Assembly: GCA_951406725.2 (NCBI GenBank) | Contig: OX597814.1 | Location: 48,794,001-48,858,000 of the forward strand | Source: Octopus vulgaris | Lineage: Eukaryota | Length of the DNA: 64,000 bases | Direction of reading: 5' to 3' | Part shown: one piece after another, positions 39,151-51,820 of the stretch | Layout: each line of letters begins with the position of its first letter | How positions within the stretch are numbered: position 1 is the first letter of the stretch | The notes under the pieces: generated by a model | What the model was told of the DNA's origin: nothing | What the model saw: only the letters and a program-made list of their open reading frames with translations | Databases searched by the model: none | Translations under genes and position numbers: made by a program

Positions 39151-41634
39151 AAAAAAAATTCTCAGTAAATGCAGTGACCTTATTGACAATATCCATGTTG
39201 GTTGTGAAATGTATGAAATGGCAAGTTGAAGTATTCTGCGAAGTTGATTAAATTTTCTTTGAAAGGAAACAAAAATCGGGCTACAATGTAGAAGGTGATG
39301 ACCAATGTGATCCGTGTAATGACATCCTTTCTATTCTTGTTGGTCAATTTTCTGGTGCAGTACTGTTAATTAAAGGTCGCCCAGATGTTGATGGTGAGTG
39401 GCTGCTTCCTCAGGTTATTATTTTTTTTCGCCTATATAACAACTTCAAGTAATTTTCTTGAAGATTTGGAGATTGTGGTCTTTAGTTGTGGGAAGGGTAT
39501 AGGATGGCATACCTAATGAGAGAGACTTAAAATACAAATTCTCTCTCGAAAGGATTCTCAAAATAAGAATCACAGAAAACAGATGAAAGTAAAGGAAACA
39601 CAAATGATGATGCACCAAATATTTTCCCTCTTAAGTCTGGACGAATGGTTAAGAAGTTCAATTCGCAATCACGCGGGACTAAGTTCGATCCCTCTGCGTG
39701 AAAACTTAGGCGAATTGGATTTTCTAAAGCCTCGGATCGATCCATTCATTGTGGGTAAAACTAGATACACAAAACGTGTCTAGAAGCCAGTTGGGTGGAT
39801 TATAACTGCAACTCCAAAGGTACAACCTTATCACAACCCCACACCTCACACGCGCGCGCACGCTGTGTCATGCTGATTCTCTCTGAGAATTACGTTAAGG
39901 TCATACGTCTAAGGATTGCTCAGCTACTTTCACGTTACTACATAAGCAGGTTATTCAGTTCAAACAACTGAGTCGAACGACGTAGATCCATCAGCGCCAT
40001 ATATATATATGTGTGTGTGTGTATGTGTGTATAAATGTATGCGTGTGTGTGTATAAATATATGTGTGTGAATGTGTCTGTGAGTCTGTGCGCGCGCGCAT
40101 GCGGTGTTCACCAAGGAAAACGATGTGTTGATAGAAACTGAAATGCCTCTGATCACAGATCTGCTGCTGTATTAGGACTCATCTGTGGTAAAACAGTAAC
40201 AAAAAGAATCATAACAAAACCATTAAATATTGTATGTAGTAAGCATATCAGAGTCCTGTACCGATGTTTATAGATTTATCCCTGCCAAGGATAAGAGCGT
40301 ATGCGTCTATCATCAGTAATGTTAGTGACCTAAATTTGGCGGTGGTGAAGTGGTAAATAAAAAGGTAGCTCTCCGGGTTAAATGCGTTATACTGTTTGTT
40401 GTCCTTTGCCTTTTATTACATTGGCGTCGATGAAATGAGATATCAGTTATATTGTTCTTCAGGAAATTCAGTCTGCTATATGCCTCGTTCAGAAATTCTT
40501 ACATAGGCACAATGTAAGAAATCATTATTATTGAAGGGGCGCCAAGACAGCACCCGATATTTCCTGTCTGATTTTAAGAAACAAATATACAGAAATATTT
40601 TAAAATCTATTAAAAGCATTTGATTATAGTATGTGATGAAAAAAGTACAAATTTCTAATATTATAAATATCAAAATTAGTTCTATAAACAGTATTACAGT
40701 ATTTCTAATATTTTTCAAGAATTAACTTTTGATTGTTCTTTAATAGTCTAAAGTTATATTTTGCACAGAGTTAACATCCAACACATCCACTAACACATAT
40801 GTTAACAATCAAAGTTCCTGTATACGAGCAGGTTAATGGTTAAAGCACATGTGTATATGTGTAGTGAAGTTAATAGTAAAAGCATTCTAGACGCAAGTTA
40901 AATGTCGATATCCCGGTGAGCTCAAAGAAATCCAAAATGAAAACGGGGTCATTTTGTGTAGAATATATCGTACGTTACAATCTAGCTAGAATAATAATTG
41001 TTTGGGGAACTCCTAAGATTTTGTATGTTATCTGAAATATTACATCATATTTTCGATATAACATCTTAACTCTTACACACCTTATATAATTACTGAAATG
41101 CTTATAACTCTTCTATTAAGTATAATTTAGCAAATAGTTTTGTTTAAACTAGTTCTGATCTACGCTCGAGATGGTGAAGGCGGCGTTAAAATTGTGGTGG
41201 AAGAAAAGGAGGATTGTTTTTAAATACCACCAGACTGTTTAACCATATTTAATAAACCAAAGAATTTATCTTTTCTTGAGAGGTGTTTGAGTAACTCCAC
41301 TGGCAACATTTCATAAATATATTTGCTGCTGCGAAAGTAAGGGATATGGGTGACTTTAAGTTCAGGCAAAATAACTAGTTTGTATAATGTAGGATTTTGT
41401 GAAATCCACCTCTCCACACAACTTAACTTCTATTTGTCTGATAACTGACATATTGCATTCATTAAAGTCATACTCTAGATTGAAAAATATTTTAAAAGTC
41501 TCATCGCAAAATGCCAGGCTTAGATAACGAATATTTTATAACCTTTAACTGAATGTGAAAACCGATAGTTTCTTTCTATTTCTTCCTATTTCTTGTTTCC
41601 TTTTTCTTTCTTAGTCCCCCGCTTCCTCCACACC

Positions 41635-41705
<71 letters not shown>

Positions 41706-42914
41706 AAGGGTTCTTCTAAGGCGAAGACACAAATAAGTGTTTCTTGCATAAACATAAAGCTTGAAATTAGTAGTGAAGTGGGAAACATAATGTTGAAACG
41801 TGGGATTTCTTTAAAAAATATAAATAAATGAGAAATATATTTAAAAAATAAACAATCAAAATCTTAAAACATACTATCATTTATTTATTTATTAAGCATA
41901 AGTAATAAAGGATAAGACTATAAACTGAAATTGGTCTCCTCGATTCAAAATACGCAGAGACAAGACAAAAGTTAATTGAAAAGAGGAATGGGACTTTGTG
42001 AGACTTGTACCTTCCTCACTGATATTTCAGAATTTCAGACGTAAGTAAAATGATATGGCTCCGATGGAGAATGCAACTTTTCGATGCGTTCAGAGATTAA
42101 GAAAAGGAGTAGAAATGACAAAGCTCCATTGAATAAGTATTGTTATATTTCTTCACAAAAAACACAACCTCAACTCATGAAAACTCCCTTTTTTTTCTTT
42201 TTTTTTTTACCTTTTTGGTGGTGGGTGTCCAGGAGTAACTCTGAAATTTGCAATATGGAGATTTTTATATTATAATTTTGTCACTTATATTATTGTTATT
42301 TTTGTTGCAACTGCTGTTGTTGTAGTTGTGGTTCTTGTTGTTGTTGCTTTTGTTTTTGTCTTGTTTGGCATCACATTAGCTCTATACATGCAAACCTCAT
42401 ATAAGAGGCAATTCCAGCCACGACTATCTCGTTTTTTTTATTTTTTATTCTATATTTAGACCTACGTTGTTTTATGAGTTCTTACATATTCATTTTTAAG
42501 ATGGTAAGTCCGATTTTGAAGAATACTTGGTTGCTATTTCTAGCAAGTCGAGCTCTCCCACGTAGATGTTACCACGTTGACTAATAATTATTATGGTTGC
42601 TGTTGTAGCTACTGCTGCATTTCTGTTGAATTGCTTCACGCTATTTTGGTAGAGATGTTATAAAAAGGTACCTGACAATAAAATTACAAATGAAATCTCA
42701 CAGAACAAACCGTACCTTTCAACTTGACATTCTCCATTTTTAATATGGACGTCATTTTACTGTCCTCACATTAGTTTCAAATAATGAACATTATAAAAGC
42801 TACGGGCTAGAATCCGGTGGGTCAGGTTTTCTTGACCATGTTAGTAGTGATATTGGTGTAATTATTGATCCCACCACCACCACTACCACCACCACCAAAA
42901 CCACCACCGCCGCC

Positions 42915-43069
42915 ACTACTACTACTACTACTGTTACTACTACTGTTACTACTACTACTGTTACTGTTACTGCTACTACTGCTACTGCTACTACTACTGT
43001 TACTACTACTACTACTACTGTTACTACTACTACTGCTACTACTACTACTACTACTACTACCACTACTGT

Positions 43070-43118
<49 letters not shown>
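42915..43118. repeat. (CTA)n-based trinucleotide microsatellite
   Basis: Direct inspection; source of the poly-L/V ORFs. Confidence 0.95.
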
Positions 43119-43992
43119 GCAATCATTTAGCTGTTGTTCCTCCCACTGCTGCTGCTCCTGTTGTTGCTCTACTCACAGATGCTGCACCCACTGCACCTCA
43201 TATTCATGCTAATAGTATAATGATGGTGAGGATCATGATAATTATGTTGATCATGACGATGGTGCTGGTGGTGGCAGCGGCGTTAATGATGGGAATGGTG
43301 ACGACGAATATGTTTCTCTAAGAATGAAAAATTCTTAAAAGAAAACAAATTAGTCACTATTCTTGTGTCTATCCAAACAAAATATAAACTATATATATAT
43401 ATATATATACAAACAAATCTACAAAATCCGCTGTTATTCTAATCTCTTGAATTGAATTACAATTTACAAATCTCTAAACAACAGATTTCTGTGTTTGCCG
43501 AAAGAGTTAACCCATATTTAATTATGTCCAGAGTAATCTTAATCACAATGTGTATGGGTTCAACTAGCTTTTAGTTTGTGACATTAGGTGAAGATAGCGA
43601 TCGTCTGTTATTGAAAAATGTACTAACATACACTAAAATTCAAACAAAAGCTTTTAAAATTGTATTTAGAGGTGAAATAAACACTGTCGGTTATCGATAC
43701 TAGCATTAACGTGCGTATGAGTTTTTCTTGACATAGCTTTTGCTGGTTTTACATTATGGATGAAGATACAATCACTGGTTATTGATATCTGTATGCAACT
43801 ATGCACACTGGCTGAGTCATGGCTATTAGTGTTGCACTGTGTGGTGAGATAAGCGTCACCCTGGTTAACGATACTACGTTTTAAAGGGAACTAGTAAGCC
43901 TCCACCTAGTTCTTAGTTTCAAAAGCAAAACTATTGCAATAATTACTACTACTAATAATAATAATAACAACAACAACAATAATAATAATAAT

Positions 43993-44192
43993 GGTTTCAA
44001 ATTTTCCCACAAAGGCAACCATTTTGGGGGCTGGAATGTGTCTATTACATCGGCCCCAGTGTTCCACTTGTACTCAATTTATCGACTCCGAAAGGATGAA
44101 AGGCAAAGTCGGCCTCGGCATAAATTGAACTCATAACGTAAAGACGGGCGAAATACCCGGCGTGCTAACGATTCTGCCAGCTCGCCGCCTTA
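43993..44192 (-). mobile_element. Family B SINE
   Basis: CCGAAAGGATGAAAGGCAAAGTC ... CTGCCAGCTCGCCGCCTT. Confidence 0.85.
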
Positions 44193-44236
44193 ATGGTAAT
44201 AATAATGATGATAACAATAATATTAATAATCCTTTC

Positions 44237-44802
44237 GGATCTTTTCATTTTGAAGGCCAGATTTTCCTAGTTAACTAAACAATTTGAAACTTCGTATACT
44301 GGTAGAATGTGTCAAAAGAAAACATAATTGTAAACCAAAATGAAAACGGAAATGTAATTTCTAAGTTTAATGTTGTTTAATAATTCGAATTTTAACCAAT
44401 GGTATTCTTTCTTTCGACCTCATATCATTTACTGCCTCTCAAAATATTGTTACTGTGACGTAAACAGCTATTTTGTGACGTAGTTAACGTAAACATGTAA
44501 ATAGCTAAAATGTAAATATCCGCTTATCGTAAACAGCTAAATTCGCTTGGTATCGTACACAGCTTTTTCAGTTCCCTAGAATTATATTTGAAACAAAATA
44601 AAAAGAAAAAGATTCATACGCATAAATATCCATCCTTAGACATCAGAAAGATTAGAAATGCAACAAAAATTTAAAATACCGGATCTTTACCTTTTGACCT
44701 ACAGATTTAAAAAATAATTTTTTCTAACTAAACACTTTCAAACTTCGTGGAATATATATAAAATTTGTGTAGATCCTAAATAGCTACACACACATGTATA
44801 CA

Positions 44803-44870
<68 letters not shown>

Positions 44871-45861
44871 CATATACACCTATACACACATATTCTAATG
44901 TATATACATATATGTGTATATATTTATAATGTGTGTGTATTATAGATGCATACATTATATATATATAAAAGATGTTTACATACAATATATATATATATGT
45001 TATATACATCTACATGTATATGTATGTATGAATATATAAGTAGCACAGAATTTGAATCAAACTGTTTTGATCCATATACACACACACACACACACACACA
45101 TACATACATACATACACACATAGTAAAATTACATCGTTGGAGCAGTAATTTATTTATGTATTTTTGTTATACAATTTATTTTTAAGCTGAATCCCTATCC
45201 TGCCATTAACCCCTTTCTTATAAAATAGTTGAAGAATCTGGGGTGTAGGAATTGGGCCAGTATTGGAACTTTTAACGTCTTGCTCTCTATCTTATGATCT
45301 CCGAAATTTAAGAATCTTGTGTTAACTTGGCTCTTATTATTTACTCTGACTCTGCCACCACCTCAATGCAAAGACTATCAATATCAGAATCATCTTCACA
45401 ACCACCACTGAGACATCCTAACATAATCAATGCCACTACTACTATCATCATCCACTGCCGCCACCACCACCACCACCACCTCTACAAAAACACCAACACT
45501 ATAATTGCTGCCATCATACACATCCACTGTCACCACTACACCACCACCACCACTGCCATGATAACCACATCTACCACAGCTGTTTGCTTACTGCTTACCC
45601 ACGCTGTTTAAAATTTTCACAAAATAGCTGTCTACGTCACAGTAACACTATGCAGTTAATGATTTCAAGTGAAAACAGACAGTACGATTGGTTAAAATTC
45701 TCAGGTTTAAACTACGTTTAAACTTATAAAATACATTTTTCTCAAAAAAACTAGTTGAAATTAATGTTTTCTTTTGACACATTCTACCAGTATACGATGT
45801 TGAAAACTATTTAGTTAACTAGAAAAATCTGAAAAATCTGGCCTTCCAAATGAAAAGATCC
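44237..45861. mobile_element. GGATC...GATCC TIR element (Merlin-like MITE) with a nested second left end at 44681
   Basis: GGATCTTTTCATTTTGAAGGCCAGATTTT...CGTATACTGGTAGAATGTGTCAAAAG at the left and its reverse complement at ~45770-45861; flanks ATCCTTTC / ATCCT(GCC)TTTC resemble an 8-bp TSD. Confidence 0.75.
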
Positions 45862-45867
45862 ATCCTG

Positions 45868-46082
45868 CCTTTCTACTATGAGCACAAGGCCTGAAATTTG
45901 GGGAAGATGATAAGTCGATTACATCGAATCTAGTGCGTAACTGGTACTTATTTCATCGACCCTGAAAGGATGAAAAGCAAAGTCAACCTCGGCATAATTT
46001 GAACTCAGAATGTAAGGACGGACGAAATACCGCTAAGCATTAAGCCCGGCATGCTAACAATTCTGCCAGCTCAACGTCTTAC

Positions 46083-46151
<69 letters not shown>

Positions 46152-46170
46152 CATCATTATTATGATTATT

Positions 46171-46229
<59 letters not shown>

Positions 46230-46255
46230 TAATGATGATGATGATGATAATAATG

Positions 46256-46304
<49 letters not shown>

Positions 46305-46505
46305 CTTCAAATTTTGGTACAAGGACAGCTATTTCAGGGGATGGGGTAAGTCGATTAAATCGACCCCGGGATTCAACAGGTATTTGTTTTAACGACTCTG
46401 AAAGGATGAAAAGATGAAAGGCAAATTTGACCTAGGCGGAATATGAACTCAGAACGTGTAGACAGACAAAATGCCGCTAAGCATTTCTAACGTGCTAACG
46501 ATTCT
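45868..46505 (-). mobile_element. Two family B SINE copies separated by (ATT)n/(AAT)n tracts
   Basis: Copies at ~45868-46060 and ~46305-46505; microsatellite at 46083-46300. Confidence 0.8.
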
Positions 46506-46569
46506 AACACATCTGCAATTACTATAGAACTATCTAGCAACAGCATCTATAGAACAATCTAGCACCACT

Positions 46570-46920
46570 GTGGAGGCGCAATGGCCTAGTGGTTAGGGCA
46601 GCGGATTCGCGGTCGTTGTGAGTGTTTATTGGGCAAAAACACCTAAAGCTCCACGAGGCTCTGGCAGGGGATGGTGGCGAACCCTGCTGTACTCTTTTAC
46701 CACAACTTTCTCTCACTCTTTCTTCCTGTTTCTACTGCACCTGTATTTCAAAAGGCCAGCCTTGTCACACTCTGTGTCACGCTGTATCTCCCCGAGAACT
46801 ACGTTAGGGGTACACGTGTCTGTGGAGTACTCAGCCACTTGCACGTTAATTTCACGAGCAGGCTGTTCCGTTGATCGGGTCAACTGGAACCCTCGTCGTC
46901 GTAACCGATGGAGGGCCACG
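46570..46920 (+). mobile_element. Family C tRNA-headed SINE
   Basis: GGAGGCGCAATGGCCTAGTGGTTAGGGCAGCGG head; possible TSD AATCTAGCA at ~46556 and ~46929. Confidence 0.8.
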
Positions 46921-47385
46921 TAAAAAAAATCTAGCAACAAAAAATAACCAAGTAAAAAGCCAGGTGGTGTCATTTTAGGAAACGTACAGACACAATAATT
47001 TATTGGTTACCAGGAAAAGCAGCCATGCTGGAATATTTTTTCAGCAATATTTGTTTCCATGTTTTAAAATATTTTAACACTTAATCAATGAAACATACGA
47101 GTTTTAGTTTGTGTTTTCCATTTTGTCAGTTCTAAGATTCACAATATAAATTTAGATGAAAACTGCTTGTATTTTATTTGTACTTCTAACTTGGGAAGAG
47201 GCACGACTTAGAAAAATAAAAGGCAAAACGTCTGACTGAGTAAGAAGTGAAGAAATTAAAAGACGGAGAAAGTTACCAAAATAGAAAATATAAATGTAAG
47301 CACACACTCACAAATATGCATGTATGTATGTATTATGTATGTATGTATGTATGTATGTATGTATGTATGTATGTATGTATGTATG

Positions 47386-47440
<55 letters not shown>

Positions 47441-47442
47441 AC

Positions 47443-47484
<42 letters not shown>

Positions 47485-47485
<1 letters not shown>

Positions 47486-48221
47486 AAATTTAGAGGAATG
47501 ACCACTAAAGAGGACATCCTATATGCTAAACATAGACGTCAAATCATCATTACCACGAAGAATGTGTTCTCAAGAAAAATCTCAGCAAAAAAAACAAAAT
47601 GTAAAAATAAGCAAAGCAAATGAAAATATACGAAATAAAAAACGATTACCTACGTACCATGGTTTCACTTGTTAATATTTACGAATATGAACACGCAAAT
47701 ATCTGCAAGATCATCAGCATAGCCTGTCATTTACAAAACATAATTTCCAGAACTAGATACAGAACGCTCAACCGAAATCGAACATGTATAAAGTTCTACA
47801 AATTATATTTGGGTGTATCTTTCAAATGCCTTCACTTTGGCGCGCTGAGGTAGGAAGTTACTCTGCAATTAATAAATTACAGCACCCAATTTACCAGTTA
47901 AAGAACATTTTTATTTAAAATTAAATAATAAGGGTAGAAATTGATATTAATCAATTAAAACCAGTGGCTTAGCATATTTAAAAAAATCCGAAGATTAAAA
48001 ATTATATTGCATAAAAAATTTAGAGGTATGACCACTAATGGGGACACCCTATATGCTAAACATAGACGTCAAGTCGTCGTTACCACGGAGAATGTGTTCT
48101 CAAGAAAAATCTCAGCAAAAAACTAAAATGTAAAAATAAGCAATACAAATGAAAATATACGAAATAAAAAACGATTGCCTACGTACCATGGTTTCACTTG
48201 TTAATATTTACGTATATGAAC
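47485..48221 (-). mobile_element. Retrozyme-like non-coding element: ~529-nt monomer plus ~207-nt direct repeat, between (TA)n tracts
   Basis: 47485-47692 matches 48015-48221 with roughly a dozen differences. Full hammerhead at 47650-47722 and its 3' half at 48179-48221; (TA)n at 47455-47483 and 48223-48233. Confidence 0.7.
47650..47722 (-). ncRNA. Type-I hammerhead ribozyme
   Basis: Minus strand reads CUAUG-CUGAUGA-UCUUG-ca-GAUAUUUGCG-loop-CGUAAAUAUU-aa-CAAGU-GAAA-C-CAUG-GUA-CGUAG. Stem I is 5 bp, stem II is long (first pair U.U), and the loop is palindromic CAUG. Confidence 0.75.
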
Positions 48222-48235
48222 GTATATATATATTT

Positions 48236-48386
48236 AAGAGATGAAGTATTATTTATATTTATATTTGACGGAAATTTGTCCTCATTTTGTTAACACAAAG
48301 TTTTGGCTGATATACCGTCCAGCCTTCATCAGGTGTCTTCGGGAAATTTCGAACCTGGGTTCTCATTCCTAAGGTATTTTTAGATG

Positions 48387-48437
<51 letters not shown>

Positions 48438-48500
48438 TCACTACCTGGAATCGAACTCGGAATCTTGGGGTTAGTAGCCCGCTCTCTTAACCACTACGGC
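48236..48500 (-). mobile_element. tRNA-like head plus (AAT)n plus hammerhead-like tail
   Basis: Head 48434-48500 (GTAGTGGTTAAGAG..GCGGG-CTACTAA-CCC..GAGTTCGATTCC). 48293-48336 (-) reads ACAC-CTGATGAA-GGCTG-N10-CAGCC-AAAAC-TTT-GTGT. Confidence 0.6.
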
Positions 48501-49283
48501 GCGGGGTGATAGTAGAAGACACCTGCCCAAAGTGCTGCGCAGTGGGACACAACCTGAAACCACAGAGTTGCAAAGCGAGCTTCTTAACCACACAGCCATT
48601 ATATACAAATGGAATTTGTTACATGCTTTTTACCCCCAGCTTGTGTAACTTTTTAATTTATTTATTTAATAATATATTTATTTATTTATTTACTTACTTA
48701 AAAAAATACAGCTATCTTTTGATGAAATAGAATATAGTTTATTCTGTTCGTAAAAAACAACGGGCAATGAATTAGCAAGTAAATATACGGTTTCACATCA
48801 ATACATAACTTGGCTCGTAGCGAAATGGGACGTTCAAAGGCCGTCAACCTTGTATCAGTGTGCATGTACTTGTTTACATTTCAACGTATAGCCTGTAGCT
48901 ACTGTTAAAAGTAGTTATACAATGATAGAGGTGTTATAATCATCCACTCATCAAAAATGAAACTTGATAGCTTGAGTCTCATCCCATACTTCTGAAAAGT
49001 TTCTCGTGGGTCTGACTTCGCAGCCAAATTAAACGTGAATTGGATGCGTTTAAATACATGTATTATTCATTGTACACGCTGTATTGACATTCTTGATATT
49101 TGTATACTTACACACGAGTTCATTCATGCATATATATATAGTCAATATGCACGTACATTGAAGCACATGCACACGCACACACACACAAACACAGACACAT
49201 ACACAAATCCATACATATAGAGAAACATAAATGCATACATGCAAACATACATACATACATACATACATACATACATACATACA

Positions 49284-49317
<34 letters not shown>

Positions 49318-49417
49318 ATGTCTGTCTGCCTGTCTATGGTTTCGCATCCAGAAAACCTTTAGCTTTATAGACGACTCGTCAGACTCTACTGGCAGAGGGC
49401 ATATAACTTCTCTTCAA

Positions 49418-49463
<46 letters not shown>

Positions 49464-49485
49464 CTTTTGTTATCTTACCGTTTTA

Positions 49486-49528
<43 letters not shown>

Positions 49529-49550
49529 CTTTTGTTATCTTACCGTTTTA

Positions 49551-49610
<60 letters not shown>

Positions 49611-49613
<3 letters not shown>

Positions 49614-49857
49614 CGTAATGAGATTAAAAAAAAACCAAGGCTGTGTAGATTTTAGAACATTTATAACTGTTCTAAAATCTACACAGCCTTGGTTTTTTAT
49701 CTCATTACGGAAAAAAAAAATTTATATACACACGCTGATATATGACCTACGTTGGACCCCTTATTTGCATAATCTCCGAATCTGGAACTCAACTATGATC
49801 TATCCATAGCACTTATTCGGCATTACCTGACACCTTTGGGTCACATCGACACCATTA
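49611..49857. mobile_element. Second copy of the palindrome-ended repeat (see 6108-6388)
   Basis: Palindrome at 49611-49712; flanked by (TA)n. Confidence 0.75.
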
Positions 49858-49867
49858 CCTCTCATAA

Positions 49868-49903
<36 letters not shown>

Positions 49904-50117
49904 TGGAAAGCGAATAGGATGAATTATTCGAGCATGAAATACATTGCATTGCGCCATTCGTTCCAGCATTCCGCGTTCTGGGTTCAAATAATGGTGATGC
50001 TAATCTTGTCTTTCATCCTTTCTGGATCGATAAATAAAGTTCCAGTCTTGTACTGGAATGGCTTCTTCTTCTTCTTCTTCTTCTTCTTCTTCTTCTTCTT
50101 CTTCTTCTTCTTCTTCT

Positions 50118-50162
<45 letters not shown>

Positions 50163-50419
50163 TCTCTCTCTCTCTCACTTTCATTGCATGTATCTTTAAG
50201 CAAGAGATCTGTTATGATCAGACCTAGAAAGGAATGGCCCCTACCAAGTCTACGATTGCCCTACATACACCCGTGTATCACACTATACTACTATGATACT
50301 GTCAGACATTGAACGCAGACGGTACACATGATGTGTGAGTTTGTGCATTAATATGTGCATGTGCGCGTGTGTGTCTGCGTATGTATATGTGTGCCTGTGA
50401 ATGTTTGTGTGTGTGTGTA

Positions 50420-50487
<68 letters not shown>

Positions 50488-50841
50488 CACGCGTGTTCCG
50501 TTTTTGTATTTGTTTTGCAAGATTCTGGGTGTGAAATTGTATGTGGAAACAGATATTGTTGTACTTTCGGAGGGATGATCATGTTGCCAATTAAAACTCG
50601 TGTAATGGCTGTTTTCATTCCAGCTTTGTAATCAATTATTTTAGATAATTAGAGAGATACATCGTCATCAATAAGTTGAAAGGCTACGACAAAAAAAAAA
50701 ACATTGATTAACCAATTGCTCAATTAATTAATCATTAATTAAATAAGCAGTTATTAAATGAATCGATAATAAAACTACAGCAAAATACATTCAGTGCTTC
50801 TATGTTGTGATTTTCAACATAACCCTTAATTTGCAAGACTA

Positions 50842-50884
<43 letters not shown>

Positions 50885-50971
50885 CAGCGATAAGTATTGA
50901 GCAATTCTTCAGTTTAATGTTAAATTGTTTTTAACTCGACATAAAACAAACATTAATATTTCCATAGATTA

Positions 50972-51820
50972 AGGCGGCGAGCTGGCAAAAACGTTAGCAC
51001 GCCGGGCGAAATGCGTAGCTGTATTTCGTCTGCCGTTACGTTCTGAGTTCAAATTCCGCCAAGGTCGACTTTGCCTTTCATCCTTTCGGGGTCAATAAAT
51101 TAAGTACCAGATACGCACTGGGGCCGATGTAATCGATTTAATCCGCTTGTCTGTTCTTGCTTGTCCCCTCTGCGTTTAGCCCCTTGTGGGTAGTAAAGAA
51201 ATGGGTATTTCGTCTGTCTTTACGTTCTGAGTTCAAATTCCGCAGAGGTCGACTTTGCCTTTCATCCTTTCGGGGTCGATAAATTAAGTACTGGGGTCGA
51301 TCTAATCGAGTGGCCCACTCCCCGAAAATTTCGAGCCTTGTGCTTAGAGTAGAAAAGAGTATTTACATACATAAAAGGCAGTGAGCTGGCAGAATCGTTA
51401 GTACGCCGGGTGAAATGCTTAGCGGTATTTCTTCCGTCTTCACGTGTTGAGTTCAAATTCCGTAGAAGTCAATTTTGCCTTTCATCCTTTCGGAGTCGAT
51501 TAAATAAGTACCAGTTGAGTACTGGAGTCGATGTAATCGACTTATACCCTCCCTCGAAATTGCTGGCCTTGTGGCAAAATTAGAAATCCATGTTCACATA
51601 CATAAGGTGGCGAGCTGGCGGAAATCGTTAATACACCGGGCAATATGCTTAGCGGCATTTCGGCCGGCTGCAAGTTCTGAGCTCAAATTCCACCGAGGTT
51701 TGCTTTGCCTTTCTCCCTTTTGGGGTCGATAAAATAAGTACCAGTTGAGGAAAGATGTCAATGTAAGTCACTTAGCTCCTCCCCTGGAATTCCTGGCCTT
51801 GTACCAAAATTTGAAATCAC
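50972..51820 (+). mobile_element. Tandem array of four family B SINE units
   Basis: Units start at ~50972, 51204 (headless), ~51376 and ~51604; each has a TTTGCCTTT(C)..CCTTT.GG.GTC core. Confidence 0.9.

Noticed and set aside
39170-39520. Minus-strand APE endonuclease remnant (HLGDL/FN, ENLINFAEYFNL)
   Set aside because: Too decayed to call confidently.
40463-40513. Possible 51-nt + strand exon (ttcttcag|...caat|gtaag)
   Set aside because: Too short to support without transcript evidence.
48434-48500. tRNA gene
   Set aside because: No acceptor stem and embedded in a repeat; treated as a SINE head.
49332-49388. Minus-strand CUGACGA...GAAAC-CAUA-GAC, and similar motifs at ~55675-55706 and ~40255-40320
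   Set aside because: Cleavage triplet or stem I is broken; these may be decayed hammerheads but cannot be supported from single copies.
49420-49610. CRISPR-like spacing: a 29-bp unit repeated twice with (TA)n spacers
   Set aside because: Only two units, microsatellite spacers, eukaryotic context; a local duplication.
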